DNA of 64,000 bases from Camelus ferus (taxonomy: Eukaryota): NCBI RefSeq assembly GCF_009834535.1, contig NC_045696.1, positions 8,868,001-8,932,000 of the forward strand, read 5' to 3'. Positions 1-13,588 of the stretch are shown piece after piece. The notes under the pieces are model-generated. The model had not been told where the DNA came from. It did no database searches and saw nothing but the letters and a program-made list of their open reading frames with translations. Within the stretch, counting starts at the first letter, position 1, and the number at the start of each line of letters is the position of its first letter. The position numbers and the translations under genes are program-made.

Positions 1-200
1 AAAATCTACTTTTTACTTAGCTTGGTTACATGATGAATAAATAATTGGCAATTTTGCCTCTTGTGATATCAACACGTATTGCTACTGTACGATTTAAATG
101 TGGCAATGAATTGGGCTAAATGTGTATTTTTACTGTTTTTAATTCAATAAAACCCAAACCACTCATTGGAATTTGTTGTAGTTTGACCTCGTTTTATGTA
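1..200 (+). terminator. Probable end of a 3' UTR with polyadenylation signal of an upstream gene (gene not identified)
   Basis: AATAAA at 36-41 and 146-151. U-rich sequence lies upstream (tgtgtatttttactgttttt) and GU-rich sequence downstream (tttgttgtagtttg). Confidence 0.4.
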
Positions 201-834
201 ACTGTTTATAATTAGCATTCTTGATTCGCGTAAGAATAAAATATTGGACAGTCCAGACGATAGCTCTTTCACAACCACATTGTTCCTTTTTTCCTTCCAG
301 TTGCAGACACGGGAGAGATTTAAAAATATCAGTGGGCTTTGGCACACGTTTCAGTTGGCGAAGCAACTCGCCAGCTGCTCCTGTCCCACAGTTTGCTGCC
401 GTTTTCCACGCCTCTTGGGACACCGTGCTTTCAGCTTTGGGCATTCAGCGGCACATCCCTTCTTACCTTACGTGGCATCTCCCAGAAGCCATTGCAGCCT
501 GAGGATGTGGCCTCCCTGTTTGGTCACTAACACACAGCATCCCCTTTAGGGAAAGGGCAGTTTTTGAGACATGGGTTCTATTAGAGGGTGGATTGAGGAT
601 GACTGTGGGGTGTTTGTGGGGAAAAAAAAAAAAAAACATCATCTCCCTTATCAGCATGTAGCACTTAGCTAGGCCTCCATGGAACATAAGGGTAGCAGGA
701 AATTAGGAAGAGAACAACAAACTTTTTTTGAAAGTGCATGTGTGCATTTAATAAGAAGCGTGAAGGCTGGTCATTTAACTTGGAAGGGTTAAAGTAAAAA
801 TAGCAGAGAATGAGTACCTGAAAATACATTGGTC

Positions 835-1331
835 TGCATTAGTTATCTATTGCCACACAACAAATTACACAAAACTGAGTGTCTTAAAACAACGATGTTT
901 ATTGTCTCAAAGTTTCTGTAAGTAGAATGTGGGAGCAGCTCACTTGGGTGCCTTTGGCTCAAGGTTTCCCGTAAGGCTACAATCAAGGTGCCAGCTGGGG
1001 CTGCAGTCATCCGAAGGCTCAGTGAGGGAAGGGTGCCCTTACAGGCTAGCTCACACAGTTGGCGCAGGCCTCCCTCAGCTACTTCTCCATCTCGCAGCTC
1101 ATAAGCCAGTGGCTGGCTCCCCTCAGATCTCGCAAGAGAGGGAGCGCAAGATGGAAGCCGCAGCCTTTTTGTAACCTAATCTCTGAGTGAACCCCCATCA
1201 CTTTGGCTGTGTTCCAGTCACTACAAGCAAGTCCCTAGGTCCAGCGCACCCTCAGGGGAGAGAATTACAGAAGTACGTGATTACCAGAAGGCAGAGATCA
1301 CCAAGTGCCAATTCAGCAGCTGTCTTCCACA
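835..1331 (-). mobile_element. MaLR solo LTR (MLT1F/G/H-like)
   Basis: Typical antisense MLT1 start (tgcattagttatctattgcc...cttaaaacaac), internal ggggctgcagtcatc, end ...cttccaca. Confidence 0.75.
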
Positions 1332-4300
1332 TGATCCAATTTTTTAAATTGGATTCAAATAATGTTACCTTCAAGATTGGTACTGTGTTTCCTCCTGCAT
1401 TCATGGCCATTTATCTAAAAGTCATGAGAGATGTGAAAGGGAGAGGAAGCAGGAGGTTAGAAACGGACCCCATGACAGACCCCTGCCGTAGATGCGTTTA
1501 TGGTATCTCATATCCACAAGAGGCGTGAGAGGTAGGTCCGGACTGCTGCCATTTTCAAATAAGGAAACTGAGGCTCACAGAAACAGATACTGGACGTAGA
1601 GTTTTGTGGCTTGATACTACATTCCCAAACATATACATTGTTAACGGAACTGGAGGCTTTCTTCGCCATATTTTCTATCAGTTTCTATTTAACTTGACTA
1701 GAACTGAGTTTTTAAAATAACTCAGTTGCTGTGTTACTTTATAAAGTTAAAAAAGTAGAGAGAATCAAAAGTATGCGGAAGGACAGAATGTGTTGTGTCG
1801 ATTAAATACACTAGCCCCAGTATTGCTAGAGCAAGTTTTGGCCAGTAGTAGCAAGGCAAAAAAATCTCCATGGTTACAGAAGCTGAAGAAACAGGAAGGC
1901 AGTGGATCTGACAGGGCTCAAGGGACCAGCAGGGTCTTGCTGATTGAGGAAGATTCCATTTAATAAATTTCTGGGTGGCATAAGGAGAAAGGGTGGGTGA
2001 AGAGGATAGCAAGGAAATGGCCAATGGTTAAAGGTTAATGGCTCATTCCTTATAATACAATTGTTCCTACAATTTTTTAAATGGCAAGTTTCTTATTTAA
2101 GGTTTGTGGCCTTAAACCAACAAATGAAGAATTATAATCAGTTGTATAGTTAGAAATCTTAAAGTAGACATGTTCTAGACACGATTGACACATTTGGATC
2201 GATGAATCAGAGACCTGAAATTAAAGGCACCGGGAGAATGGGGTCCAGTTATTTACATCTGATAATAGTTGACATTTGCTAATAAAACGTTCAAGTCCTG
2301 TGCCTGCGGGGCTCACTATAACATTTGTGGGATGAATGAATAAATGAATGTCACTGCTTGTTGGAAGTCGGGTTTTTGAACCCAGAGTCCTTGGCAAAGC
2401 CTACATCCAGAAGTGTTCTTGAACTTCAGTGCGGTTTCATTGTGCCAAAAGGACTTGTCTGGGAAACGTCTAATAAGCCGTGGTAAGAAACATCACCCCA
2501 CTGCCAGATCCACCCGCATCATCCCAGCCTAGAGTTACCTGACCTCACTCTGGATCGGGAGGCATGTCGATAAAGTCAAACCCAAGTGTGTGCTTTCGTT
2601 TGGAGCCCCAGCTGATGACAGCTGTGCCGAGTTGATTTAATGGGCTCCGTGCAGATAAAGGCGAGGATTTGCAATGGTAGAAGTATCTCCACAGGTGAGA
2701 AGACAAAGGTTGCTGACATGCTGATTTCTCGCAGCCCAGGTCCCCAGCCCAGGCCTGGAAGCACATCAAAGGCCCACTCTTGCCTTCTTTTCATGCTCTG
2801 GGTCTGACTTCTCTCCCTTTCTGATTGCACGCCTGCTCCACTCACTAGGTGAACAATGGGGCTATTATGCTCCTGGGAGAAGGATAATTACCTCAAAGGC
2901 CAGGTGCCAGTGCTAAGTTTCCTTGTGTCCAATTACTGTGTGGTAAATGGCTCAGGCTCTGTTTTTCTTTCTTCCTTTCTTTTAAGCCTTTACTGTCAGG
3001 CTGCCAGACACTGGCCCGGAGCCCCAGTATCAAGGCTGGGCATCTCATTTTGCTTTAAACTTGGGTTCCATTGTCTTTCACTCTCTCCCAATCTACTATC
3101 TGATTATATTTATGTCGCCTTATCAGTGCTAACAAGCAAGGGCAAATCAGCAACACTAAAAAGTCAACAGCAACCCCCAAAGTTTCCATTTCATCAACCA
3201 AACCCGAAGTGTTTTTGTCGCTGATCAGTTCGGATGAGGTGAGGGCGATCAGAACAAGGACAGGAGGCTGGTGGTGTGGGTTTTACCTCTGAGAGACGTA
3301 TCTGAAAACTCCCACTGGTCCTGTCCATTAGCTCCACCCAGACTTATCAGGGAAAAACAAGCAAATCACAAGTGAACGGCACTACGTTTTTGCCTGGGGG
3401 ACAGGTGTCTGCTGTGAAATGATTACAGTATCCCCCAGAATGCTCTTACTTGTAGCTGATGCTAATAATTATAACCAATATTGTTATAATTGTTTTAAAA
3501 TAGCATCTGAAGCCCATTACATATATTATCTCACGAGTGCCCTACAATAGCCTTAACAAGGTAGTGCTGTTAATTCCACGTTATAGAAGATCTGGAAGCT
3601 TGGCTAGATTAACATCAGAAGGTTCTAACGTTAAAAATCGGTGGCAGGTAGGTCTGTTTTATACCAAAGCTCAACCTCTCAACTGCTCTACTGTAATGGG
3701 AACCTCTCACCTCCTTTGGGCTCTTTAAGGAGAATCAGTGCCCCTGACAGTAACAAAAACACTTCGGAAGAGTGTGCGTATCAATTAGGGTCCAGATCCT
3801 CTCACAGTCTACACCGGAGGCACTTGATGGCTTGACTTGTCTGGTTGAGTTGAACAACTTGAGTTGTTGGATTGCCATTTCACTGGGTAGTTTTTAAGCA
3901 ATTGAAGAGCTTTGTGAGACAGTGGTATTAGCCAGCAGGGTGCCAGGCGTGCCCACTAGCGGAGCCATTCCTTTTAGCCCCTGGGGTCTGGTGTGTAAAA
4001 CCCTGAGAAAACCCAAACTATATGCACATGTGAGGATGCCCAGTCCCCACATTCAAACAGCACCTTTGCTTCGTGTACAGGATCCTGTCCAGGCACACAT
4101 GGTCATTTTGTTGGGTGGGAAAGCTGTGTCTAGATTCATCTTTATGATCAACTCTGATGACAGCTGGAATCCCCAAGTCGCTGAAGATCCAGAGTTTAGT
4201 TCAAATGCCCTTTTTGTGACTTGTGGGAAGGAGAACAGACTCATTCGCAAGTGTGTCAAACTCTTACGGTTTGAAAGGAGTGAGGGCGTGTGGGACTGGG

Positions 4301-4477
4301 GGCCCATGAACAGGCAGTCAAGGCACAGTGTGTGTTCTGGGCCCTTCTCACCTGCTTTGCCCGCTGACATAGCTCTAGGTCGTGCCCCCGTCTCTCCATG
4401 CGTGTTGCCCTGGGCTCCTCGGAGCCAGACAGACGGTGTAACCCCTAGGAGCCCCCAGTGCTCGTCTTCCCACACCT

Positions 4478-4760
4478 ACACTCCTCTCTCGCTCTTTCTT
4501 TCACACACACACACACAGATGGACACACACACTCACCACATTTCCTTTTCTAACACATGTTCCCTCTCATGCACACTGACACACACACACCCACACACAC
4601 ACACACAAATAGCTCATCTCTCCCCATCTCTGGCTTTCTCTCGGACACGCATTTCATGCTCGTTCTCACACGTACGTACATACGGACACATACGCTCACA
4701 CTTCTCTTTCAGATACACGTCCAGGTGCTTTCTCTCTCACACACACAACACACTTCTCCA
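4478..4760. repeat. Degenerate (CA)n/(CT)n microsatellite region
   Basis: Many interrupted CA and CT runs, visible directly. Confidence 0.9.
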
Positions 4761-4931
4761 ACACCTGCAGAAACAAAACCTGGAAATATAACACCCTTGT
4801 GTACAACAGACATAACTGTGGGAGAGGTTGAAGGGTACTTTGTATCCCACACTTAATACTTAAAATTAAATGTGAAATCTTGTTCATAAAAGTCCTTCAA
4901 GTGTTTGGGGATGTTTGTCACCATTTCTCCC

Positions 4932-5070
4932 TTTTTTTAAAGCATTTTTTTGGGGGGAAGGTAATTAGGTCTATTTATTCAATTATCTTTTTGATGGAGG
5001 TGGTGGGGATCGAACTCAGGACCTCATGCATGCTAAGCACACACTCTTCCACTGAACTATATCCTGCCCT
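4932..5070 (-). mobile_element. Vic-1-like camelid tRNA(Ala)-derived SINE
   Basis: Minus strand reads gagggcaggatatagttcagtggaagagtgtgtgcttagcatgcatgaggtcctgagttcgatcccc (A box, AGC anticodon loop, B box), followed by an AT-rich tail. Approximate TSD ccatttctccc / ccatgttctccc. Confidence 0.85.
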
Positions 5071-6644
5071 CCATGTTCTCCCTCCTTCCCACTCTGCTCC
5101 CCTCTCTTCTACATCCTCCCTCACATCTCTAAATTCCTACTCAGATCTGAGAAAGTACCACTTAGCTATCAATTTGTTCCTGGGTCTTATGCTTCCAGCG
5201 TCTTCACTGCTACTCAGGATAGTTTTAGAAGCAGGAATTTTAATTATATTCACATTTCCAAAAAAAAGAAAGAAAGAAAAAAGAAAAAGAAAAAGAAAAG
5301 AAAAGGCTTATACAATGGTGAAGCTTGGTGCTACAAAATCAAATAATTCTCCTCGAATCTTAATAATTAGCACTAACTATGAGCTCAAATTTGTAGATAA
5401 TTCTAGGGGAAAAAATGGTTCTCTGTCATATCAAAGAAACTCTGATGTTCTCACAGCCTGAGCTAAGCCAGTCAGGACAATAAAAAGTGTACTTGAATGT
5501 CAAGAAATGTGTAGTCTGGAAGTGGAATCATGTGCACACAGCAACATGGCCATGTAGAAGGAGACCATGTCACAAAATAAATAAAAGTCAAGTGTAAATA
5601 CACCATAAAGAAGAGTTTTCCTCTTGGATGGGGCTGGGAAAAAACTCAGACAAGTTGTAATGAAAGCAATACCACTGGAAAGGAACCTTGAACAATGGGA
5701 TGGGTTTGAAAATCTGATTGAGAGCTAAATGTCATTAATGATAAAGATATCAACTTTTATCTGTTTTTCCGTAACTGTATTACAGTTCAAATTTATTAAT
5801 TTTACTGTAATGCTAAACTTGAAGTTTTAAGAGTAAAACACAGAAAGCTCTCATATTTGGAGGACAGGAAAAAATATCATCTCAAGTATTCATTTGGCTA
5901 CTAGTGTTTACAGTCATAAAAATAATCACCGTTTAAAATTATTTTTAAATTTTAAAATTACTACTTATTTATTGTGCTATTAAACTTTCAGGTACCAAAC
6001 ACTGTATTCAGTATATAGAGATAAACAGAATAATATATAAATAAGGAGTTAGTAGGTATCTAAAAAAAATTTAGGTATAATTTTGATGCTCTTCAAAATT
6101 AGGTGGAAGAGAGGAAATTTTAATTTGCAATTGAAACTTGCAAGGCTGTAGGTTTTCTTCATCTCCAAGTTCCTTTGGAGTGCTTTGTTTTATCCTCCAT
6201 TTCCTGTTTCACGCAGAATTCTAAATCCCTTTGCCCACTGAGGAGTCTACTTATTAGGTAGGTCAGCTTGTGTACCAGGTAAATGTGAAAGCTAGAGTAT
6301 CCTGTCCGGGCCACAGAAAGTCATGTTACTTTTGTCTTAATTGTTTTGTATTCACATATAATTAGGTTCAATGGACATCAGTGCACCAATTACAGATTAC
6401 ATCTCTTCAAAGTCATTATAATATAGCTTTACAATTGATTCTGTAATTTGAATGCAAGCATTTATGTGCAATCATTGTGCATTAAGTACACACATTCATA
6501 CTTTTGCTGAACAGGTGGCAGGGCGCAAAGCCCAAATGTTGCCATTTTGGTGACCAGTTGGTTACACAAAGAAATGAAAGGAGTAATACCTGGTTTATAT
6601 GATGGTGCAATAAATACAGAAGTTGAATGAGATTAAAAGATTCT

Positions 6645-7660
6645 TTCTTAAATAAACTTTTATACTTGGAATAATTTTAGATTTTGCCAAAGTTTGAAAG
6701 CTCAGAGTGTTTCTGCATACCGTATCTTCACCCATTCTTCCCAGTCATTAACATCTTACGTGACTATGGCATTTTTTTGGTCACAACAAAGAAACCAACA
6801 TTGGTTTATTACTGTCAACTGACCTCCAGATCTTATTTGGATCTCACTGGTTCTTTCATGAATATCTTCTCTCTGTTCCAAGATCCGATCCAGGGCATCA
6901 ACTGCATTCAGTTGTCATGTCTCCCCAGCCTCCTCCTCTCTGTGACAGTTTCTCGGTCTTTCCTTGTTTTTCATGACCTTGAGTCTTATGGAGTACTGGC
7001 CAAGTATCCTGTAAAATGACTCCCAATCTGGGTTTGTCTGTTGCTTTCTTCATGGAGTTCTAGAAACTTGGAAAGAACGGGACAGAGGTCAAGTGCTCTT
7101 CTTGTCCCATTCAATTAGAGGCACATGATATCTGCATGACGTCATGGGTGATTTTAGCCTTCATCACATGGTTAAAGTAGTGTTTCTTAGGTTTCTCCAT
7201 TGTAAGGATGGTATTTCCCCTTTCCATCCTCTATTCTTTGGAAGTGAGTTTCTAAGCCTAACCCACCTTCTAAGTTGGAGGGAGGGTGGTCAACTGAGCC
7301 CCACCTCCTGGAAGGAGAGGCATGTACATATATTACTTGAAATTTTTCTGAAAGAAAAATTAGGTCCTTCTCCTTCGTTTATCTATGTCTTTATTGAATC
7401 ATTTGTTTACATCAGTAAGGGCTCATGGATAACTTTGGGTTATAATCCAATAATATATTATTTATTTTGGTGCTCATATTCTATCAGATGTAGCCCTTGG
7501 AAGCTTACAGGTTTGCACCTTGTCCCTTTGACATGCCCCTATCTTTCACACATGTGTATATGTATGTATGTAAATACTTCCTTACCTTTTGGTACTTCAA
7601 GATGCTCCAGGCTTGTACTTTGCCTTTTCCAGCCCCACAATCAGTAATTTCCCCAATGAC
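6645..7660 (-). mobile_element. Old L1 3' region (L1MC4-like)
   Basis: Resembles the L1MC4 3' end (ttccaagatccgatccag...tgcattcagttgtcatgtctcc...tttttcatgaccttga). Confidence 0.7.
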
Positions 7661-7954
7661 CTCTGATAAACAGATTCCTTTGATATATTGATGAAAAAAC
7701 AAATTCTCCTTTCAATAAATATGGTATCATTATTTGATAGGCACATTATTTTAAAGCTTTCTATTAGTTGAAGAACTTTAAAAAATTAGGAAAGTCAATT
7801 TTCATTTGCTGAGATACTACAAAAGGTTATTAATTCCCATTTTTATTAGACTGTGATTCAAAATGGAAAACCTTTCTTAACTTTTAAATCAATTTTTAAC
7901 AATAAATTCTTCTAAAGGACTTCTAAGAGTGTGAGTGAAATATTTGATTTAAAG

Positions 7955-8318
7955 GATCAGTCAGGATGTGCCAGATTATGCTGCAGTAACAACAACAATA
8001 AAATTAAATCTCAGTGGCTTAAGACAACAATGGTTCGTTCACACTCAGAATCCATATTGATCTTAGGTGACTAAGAAGCTCTTCTCCATGGTGTCCCCAC
8101 TCAACGCTCCAGGCTGACTAAGTCTCTACCGTCTGGACTGAGATTTGTCATCTTGATAGGAGGAAGAAAACACACTTGTGACCAGAACAAGTTGTTTCTC
8201 ATATTTCATTAGCCAAAGCTAGTCACATGGCCATTCCCGATGTCACAGGTTGTAATCCTGCCATGTGCCCTGAAGGAAGAGAACCAGAAACATGAATGGA
8301 CAGCTCTGACGACTGCCA
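7955..8318 (-). mobile_element. MaLR LTR (MLT1J/K-like)
   Basis: Motifs ttatgctgcagtaacaac...atctcagtggcttaa and agtcacatggcc. Confidence 0.65.
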
Positions 8319-9038
8319 GTCTTGGGCATATGTTCTAGGTGACCCAACGCTCCCTAGGCTTTCCAAACTGCAGAGATAACTCTTTCCTTTAACATACAGG
8401 TAAGATTCAACAGCGCTCCCACATCACAAGATGGAAATGAATCTTATATCTTTCCCCAGTAATTCTAAGGCCCCCCAAGGGGCTTATATTTTCTCGGTTG
8501 TCACTTGTGACATGTTGTTATAAACTACTTGTTCAACTCCAAAACTACTGTCTGCTTTTGAAATTATTCTACCAACAACACAATGGTGTCTGAGAAGAGT
8601 GTAGCTCAGAGAAGGCTGTTCTACCCTCATTAATTTGTCCTGGGTACAGACACTGTCCATACTCGTAATTCTTCACAGTAAATCCGCAGCTGGACTAAGG
8701 TGACTTTTTAGGTTTACTAAAGAGCTGGGGCACAAACTTGATAGGAGGTAAAAATAGATATCCATCATTTTTAATTACCATGAGCTTTCCAATCAGAAAC
8801 AAACAGTATTAACACACTGCTATATTTCCTTTCCATATTTCTTCCATAGGTACCTATTTTAATAATAAAGCTTTGGATTCTGCTTTATTTTTTGACATCA
8901 AAATGTTTTATATCATTATATAATTTTTAAAAATCTGGCTTTAATACTTGCATAAATTTTCTATCATATGGAGATTCTACAATTTATTTAAGTATTTTCT
9001 ATAATAGATATATCCCTATATTGCCAACTTCTATTTTT

Positions 9039-9832
9039 TTTTCAATTGGCAATTTTGAGAAATTGAGTAAATTTGACATGTAGCATTGTGTAAGTTTGAG
9101 GTATAGTGTGTTACTTTGATACATTTATATATTGTATTATGATTGCAGATATAGTGATATCACATTACATAATTACAGTACAATATTATTGTCTATATTC
9201 ATTATATTGCACATTAGATCTCTATGGATTATTTGCTACCCATTACAAGTTTGTACCCTTGAATATCATCATCTTTATCCTCCCATCCCCTGGTAACAAT
9301 AATTTTGCTGTTTTTTATAGATTTAACTTTTTTAGATTCCATGTATTAATGATATCATACAGTTCTTGTCTTTGTCTGACTTACCTTGCTCAGCATCGAG
9401 GTCCATCCATGTTGTCACAAATGGGAGGATAGCTTCCTTTCTTATGCTGCAAAAAGAACTAAGTAGACATTTCTCCAAAGAAGACATTAAAATGGCCAAC
9501 ATGAAAAGATGTTCAACATCATTAATCATTAGGGAAATACAAATCAAAACCACAATAAGATATCATCTCACACCTGTTAGAATAGCTTTCATCAAGAAGA
9601 CAAGAGAAAACAGGTGCTGGTGAGGTGGTGAAAAGGGAACATTTATTCATTGTTGGTGGGGGTGTAAATTGGTTTAACCACATGGAAAATAATATGGAGT
9701 GTCCTCAAAAAATTAAAAATATGTCTAACATATTATTATTCACAATAGACAAGACATGGAAACAACCCAAATCCCCATCAATGGATGAATGGATAAAAAA
9801 GAGGCAGTGCATATACACAATGGAATATTATT
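9039..9832 (-). mobile_element. 5'-truncated, 5'-inverted L1 insertion
   Basis: L1 3' end on the minus strand (about 9039-9448) is joined to a plus-strand ORF2 C-terminal piece ([54 protein letters not shown]). TSD caacttctattttt at 9025-9038 and 9833-9846. Confidence 0.85.
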
Positions 9833-11583
9833 CAACTTCTATTTTTATAATAAAATAAAATACTCCATGATGGACAATTTTGTACATATATCTTTATGTA
9901 TATCTCTGATTGATCTTATATTATAAATTCCTGGAAGAGAAACGACTGAGTCAGAGGATCAACTGTTTTATGCTCTTAATAATTATTATTAAATTATTTA
10001 TCAAAGAGATTAATTTCAGTTTATGTTTTCACCAGCAGAGTATGTGACTGACTCTTCATCAACATTAAATAATCTTGGGAAAATAACTTTTCTTGTCTTT
10101 TGAACAACTTTAATAAACCCTATCAAGAGAAATAAAAACACAGAAACAGTCAGGATAGATTTTGAATTCACATAATATCATCTTATGTTTTAATTGAAGG
10201 ACAGTAGAGCATCTATTTAATAGCTATAATTAAAGATTAAACAGTACTTTGGTTATAATAGGCCCAAAGTCAAAATGCCAATCTTTGGTTGTAAAGTCCT
10301 TGTGATCTCACTACCTGCCCACTGACATACTAGTTTCGTTAAACTGCTTTCTCTTATATGATAGAAGTTTTTTTTGTATGTTTTTATTTGTTTTTATGAG
10401 AAACTATACTTTTATGTAAATAAAACCTCAGAAACATACCACAAAAGTACATAAGAACAATATATATTAGTAATTTAAAATCTGATATAAAGCTTGGGAT
10501 TTGGAAAAGTAATAAAGTTCAAAATAATGGAATTGTACTTATCAGTTTCCTAGAAAAATTTGTTCTTATGAATGGACAAAAACATCAACATTATATTTTT
10601 AAACAGGAGAATTAACATTTTATACTTTCTATAAAGGAGGAGATTTTTATTCTACAATTGCTGTCATGACAATTGTATCTCCAAAAAATGAATACTTAAG
10701 ATTTACTCTCTATTTACAAGCCTTGGAAACAGTTTCAAGTTCCTACTGGTGGTTATGACTTATAGGACAAGATTTAAACCAGAAGTGGGAGTGACGTATA
10801 TGATTCCCTATGCAGGCTAGATTCATAGATCTCTGTGGCTTAGTTACAATGACCTATAACTTGTGTGAAAATCACCTACAAATACATATGCGCACATAGC
10901 TGTTAAAACAAAACTAGACAACATAATTTAACCACAAAATTCATAGTTGCTAAAAGCCAAGACAGCTCCAATTATTTAACTGTAGAAATATGGAATAATT
11001 TAACTACAGTATACAATGCATATAACCAGAACCATTAACTTAATAATCATATCTAGAATAGGTCGTAGCTTAAGATAGTCATATTTCTTATCTTCCCAAC
11101 CCAGCTACCTGGAAGACTGACTATGACATTGACCCCAGACTTGATGGGGTCTTACTGTTGTTGTATATGTTTAGCCAGCCTGGTTCATCTTTACGCTTTT
11201 CTTCTGAGATGTAACATTTTTCAAACTTCTTTCAGAAACTCTGAGGCATCAGTAATTTTTATTAAAATACGATAATTTATTTAAGTGCAATAGGAATAAC
11301 CAAATAAACTTGTTTTGCCATGAATATTTAATCTTGTTTAATGGGAAACTTTATGGAAAAAAATTAAAAGATATAAATGATACCAGTGCTGTGCCTTCTT
11401 AGATTGTCTCTGTGTCAGTGTTTTGGTGTCCCTGAAACAACTGAATATAGACTATGGATGGCTTTCAAGCTGGTCATATTTGGGTTGAATGATAACTAAA
11501 TAATATCCTCTGTCCATGCCCAGAATCATGTTAGGCAGTAAGCTCTTAATAGATTCTAGTTAAACAAATGACAAAATGGATGA

Positions 11584-12190
11584 TGTATTAGCAATCTGTT
11601 GCTGTGGAACAATATTACAACAAACTTAATGGCTTAAAACAACACACGTTTCTCATCACAGATTCTGTGGGTCAGGAGATTAGGTGCTTTTTTCCTGGGT
11701 CATCTGTTTCAAGGTCTCAAAGGCTGCTGTGAAAGTGTTGACTGGGGCTGTGGTCTCATCTGGGGCTTGACTGGGGAAGGATCCAGTTCCAAGCTTACAT
11801 AGTTAATGGCAGAATTCAATTTGTTGTGGTTGTAGAACTCAAGAGATTATTTCATTGAGGGTGTCAGCTGGAGGCCCTTGCAGATTATAGACTGCCTTCA
11901 GCTCCTAAAGACTGGCCCTAGATCCTTGCTATGTGGGGTTCTCCAACATGGTTCTTTACTTCTTCAAAACCAGTAAGGGATGGAGAGACTCTAGAAGATG
12001 GACGATACAGTCTTACGTAATCATGTAATCACATACACAATCCCAATGTCATGTCTTTTGCCATCTTTAGCATAGTCCATTGGGTAGCAGCAAGTCACAG
12101 GTCCTGCCCACACTTGAGAAGAGGACATCAAACCAGGGTGTGAATACCATAAGGCAGGGATCATGGGGACCACTCTAAGAATCTCTCCTT
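11584..12190 (-). mobile_element. MaLR solo LTR (MLT1E/F-like)
   Basis: Starts tgtattag...ggcttaaaacaacacac, has caagtcacaggtcctgcccacac, ends ggatcatggggacc. Confidence 0.75.
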
Positions 12191-12223
12191 AAAGATGAGT
12201 ATTCATGTATAAAATGATGACTT

Positions 12224-13588
12224 ATTAAAATTAATTAATTTTTTATTGAGTTAGAGTCAGTTTACAATGTTCTGTCAATTTCCAGTGTAGAGCACAATTT
12301 TTCAGTTATACATGAACATACGTATATTAATTGTCACATTCTTTTTCACTGTGAGCTACCACAAGATCTTGTATATATTTCCCTGTGCTATACAATACAA
12401 TCCTGTTTATCTATTCTATATATGCCTGTCAGTATCTGCAAATTTCAAACTCTGAGTCTATCCATTCCCACCCCCCTCCCCACTGGCAACCATAAGTTTG
12501 TATTCTATGTCTATGAGTCTGTTTTAAATTCCACATATGAATGATCTCATATGGTATTTTTCTTTCTTTTTCTGGCTTACTTCACTTAGAATGACATTCT
12601 CCAGAGACATCCATGTTGCTGCAAACGGCATTATGTTGTCATTTTTATGGCTGAATAGTATTCCATTGTATAAATATACCACATCTTCTTTATCCAGTCA
12701 TCTGTCAATGGACATTTAGGCTGTTTACATGCTACTAAGAAACCAATGGGTTAATGATGAAATTAAAGTTGAAATGAAAAAATACCTTGAGACAAATGAA
12801 AATGAAAACACAACCACACAAAATTTATGGGACGCAGCAAAGGCAATGCTAAGAGTGAAGTTTATAGTGATACAGGCCCTCCTCAAAAAAGAACAAGTTC
12901 AAATAAACAATCTAAGCCACCAGCTAAAAGAATTAGAAAAAGAAGAGCAAAAACACCCAAAAGTCAGCAGAAGGAAGGAAATAATAAAGATCAGGGAAGA
13001 AATAAATAAAATAGAGATTAAAAACAATAGAAAAAATCAATCAAACCAAAAGCTGGTTTTTTGAAAGAGTAAATAAAATCGACAAACCTCTGGCCAAGCT
13101 CACAAAGAAGAAAAAAGAGAGAGCACAAATTAGCAAAATAAGAAAGCAAAATGGAGAAATTACAATGAATAACATAGAAATACAGAATATCATAAGAGAA
13201 TATTATGAAAAACTATATGGGACCAAAATGGATAACCTAGAGGAGATGGATAAGTTTCTGGAAACATACAGTCCACCAAGACTGAATCAAGAAGAAACTG
13301 ACCACTTGAACAAACCGATCACTAGAAATGAAATCAAATTAGCAATAAAAAAACTTCCCTACAAATAAAAGTCCAGGACCTGTTGGCTTCACCGGGGAAT
13401 TCTACCAAACATACAAAGAAGAACTCATACCAGTCCTTCTCAAATTATTCCAGAAGATTGAAAAGGAGGGAATACTCCCCAACTCATTCTATGAAGCCAC
13501 CATCACCCTGATACCAAAACCAGGACACTACCAAAAAAGAGAATTACAGACAATATAACTGATGAACATAGATGCAAAAATCCTTGCC
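12224..13588 (-). mobile_element. Young (camelid-type) L1 with 5' inversion and internal deletion; ORF2 fragment
   Basis: L1 3' end on the minus strand (about 12224-12727), then a plus-strand ORF2 fragment (NQWVNDEIK..KKYLETNENENTTTQNLWDAAKA; IIREYYEKLY..KMDNLEEMDKFLE) with frameshifts. TSD aaaatgatgactt at 12211-12223 and 13589-13601. Confidence 0.92.

Noticed and set aside
3922..4791. 289-aa ORF, the longest in the track
   Set aside because: It starts at GTG, and its second half is H/T/S/L-rich read-through of a CA/CT microsatellite. No recognisable domain.
4995..5070. tRNA-Ala-like sequence
   Set aside because: It has an AT-rich SINE tail and a TSD, lacks a proper acceptor stem, and a second copy exists at 55.5 kb. 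It is a SINE, not a tRNA gene.
4880..5461. 193-aa ORF with a basic NLS-like tract
   Set aside because: It runs through an antisense SINE and a (GAAAA)n tract, so the basic run is a repeat artefact.
12729..13368. L1 ORF2-like ORFs as a functional or domesticated gene
   Set aside because: Frameshifted fragment inside a truncated, inverted L1 copy.
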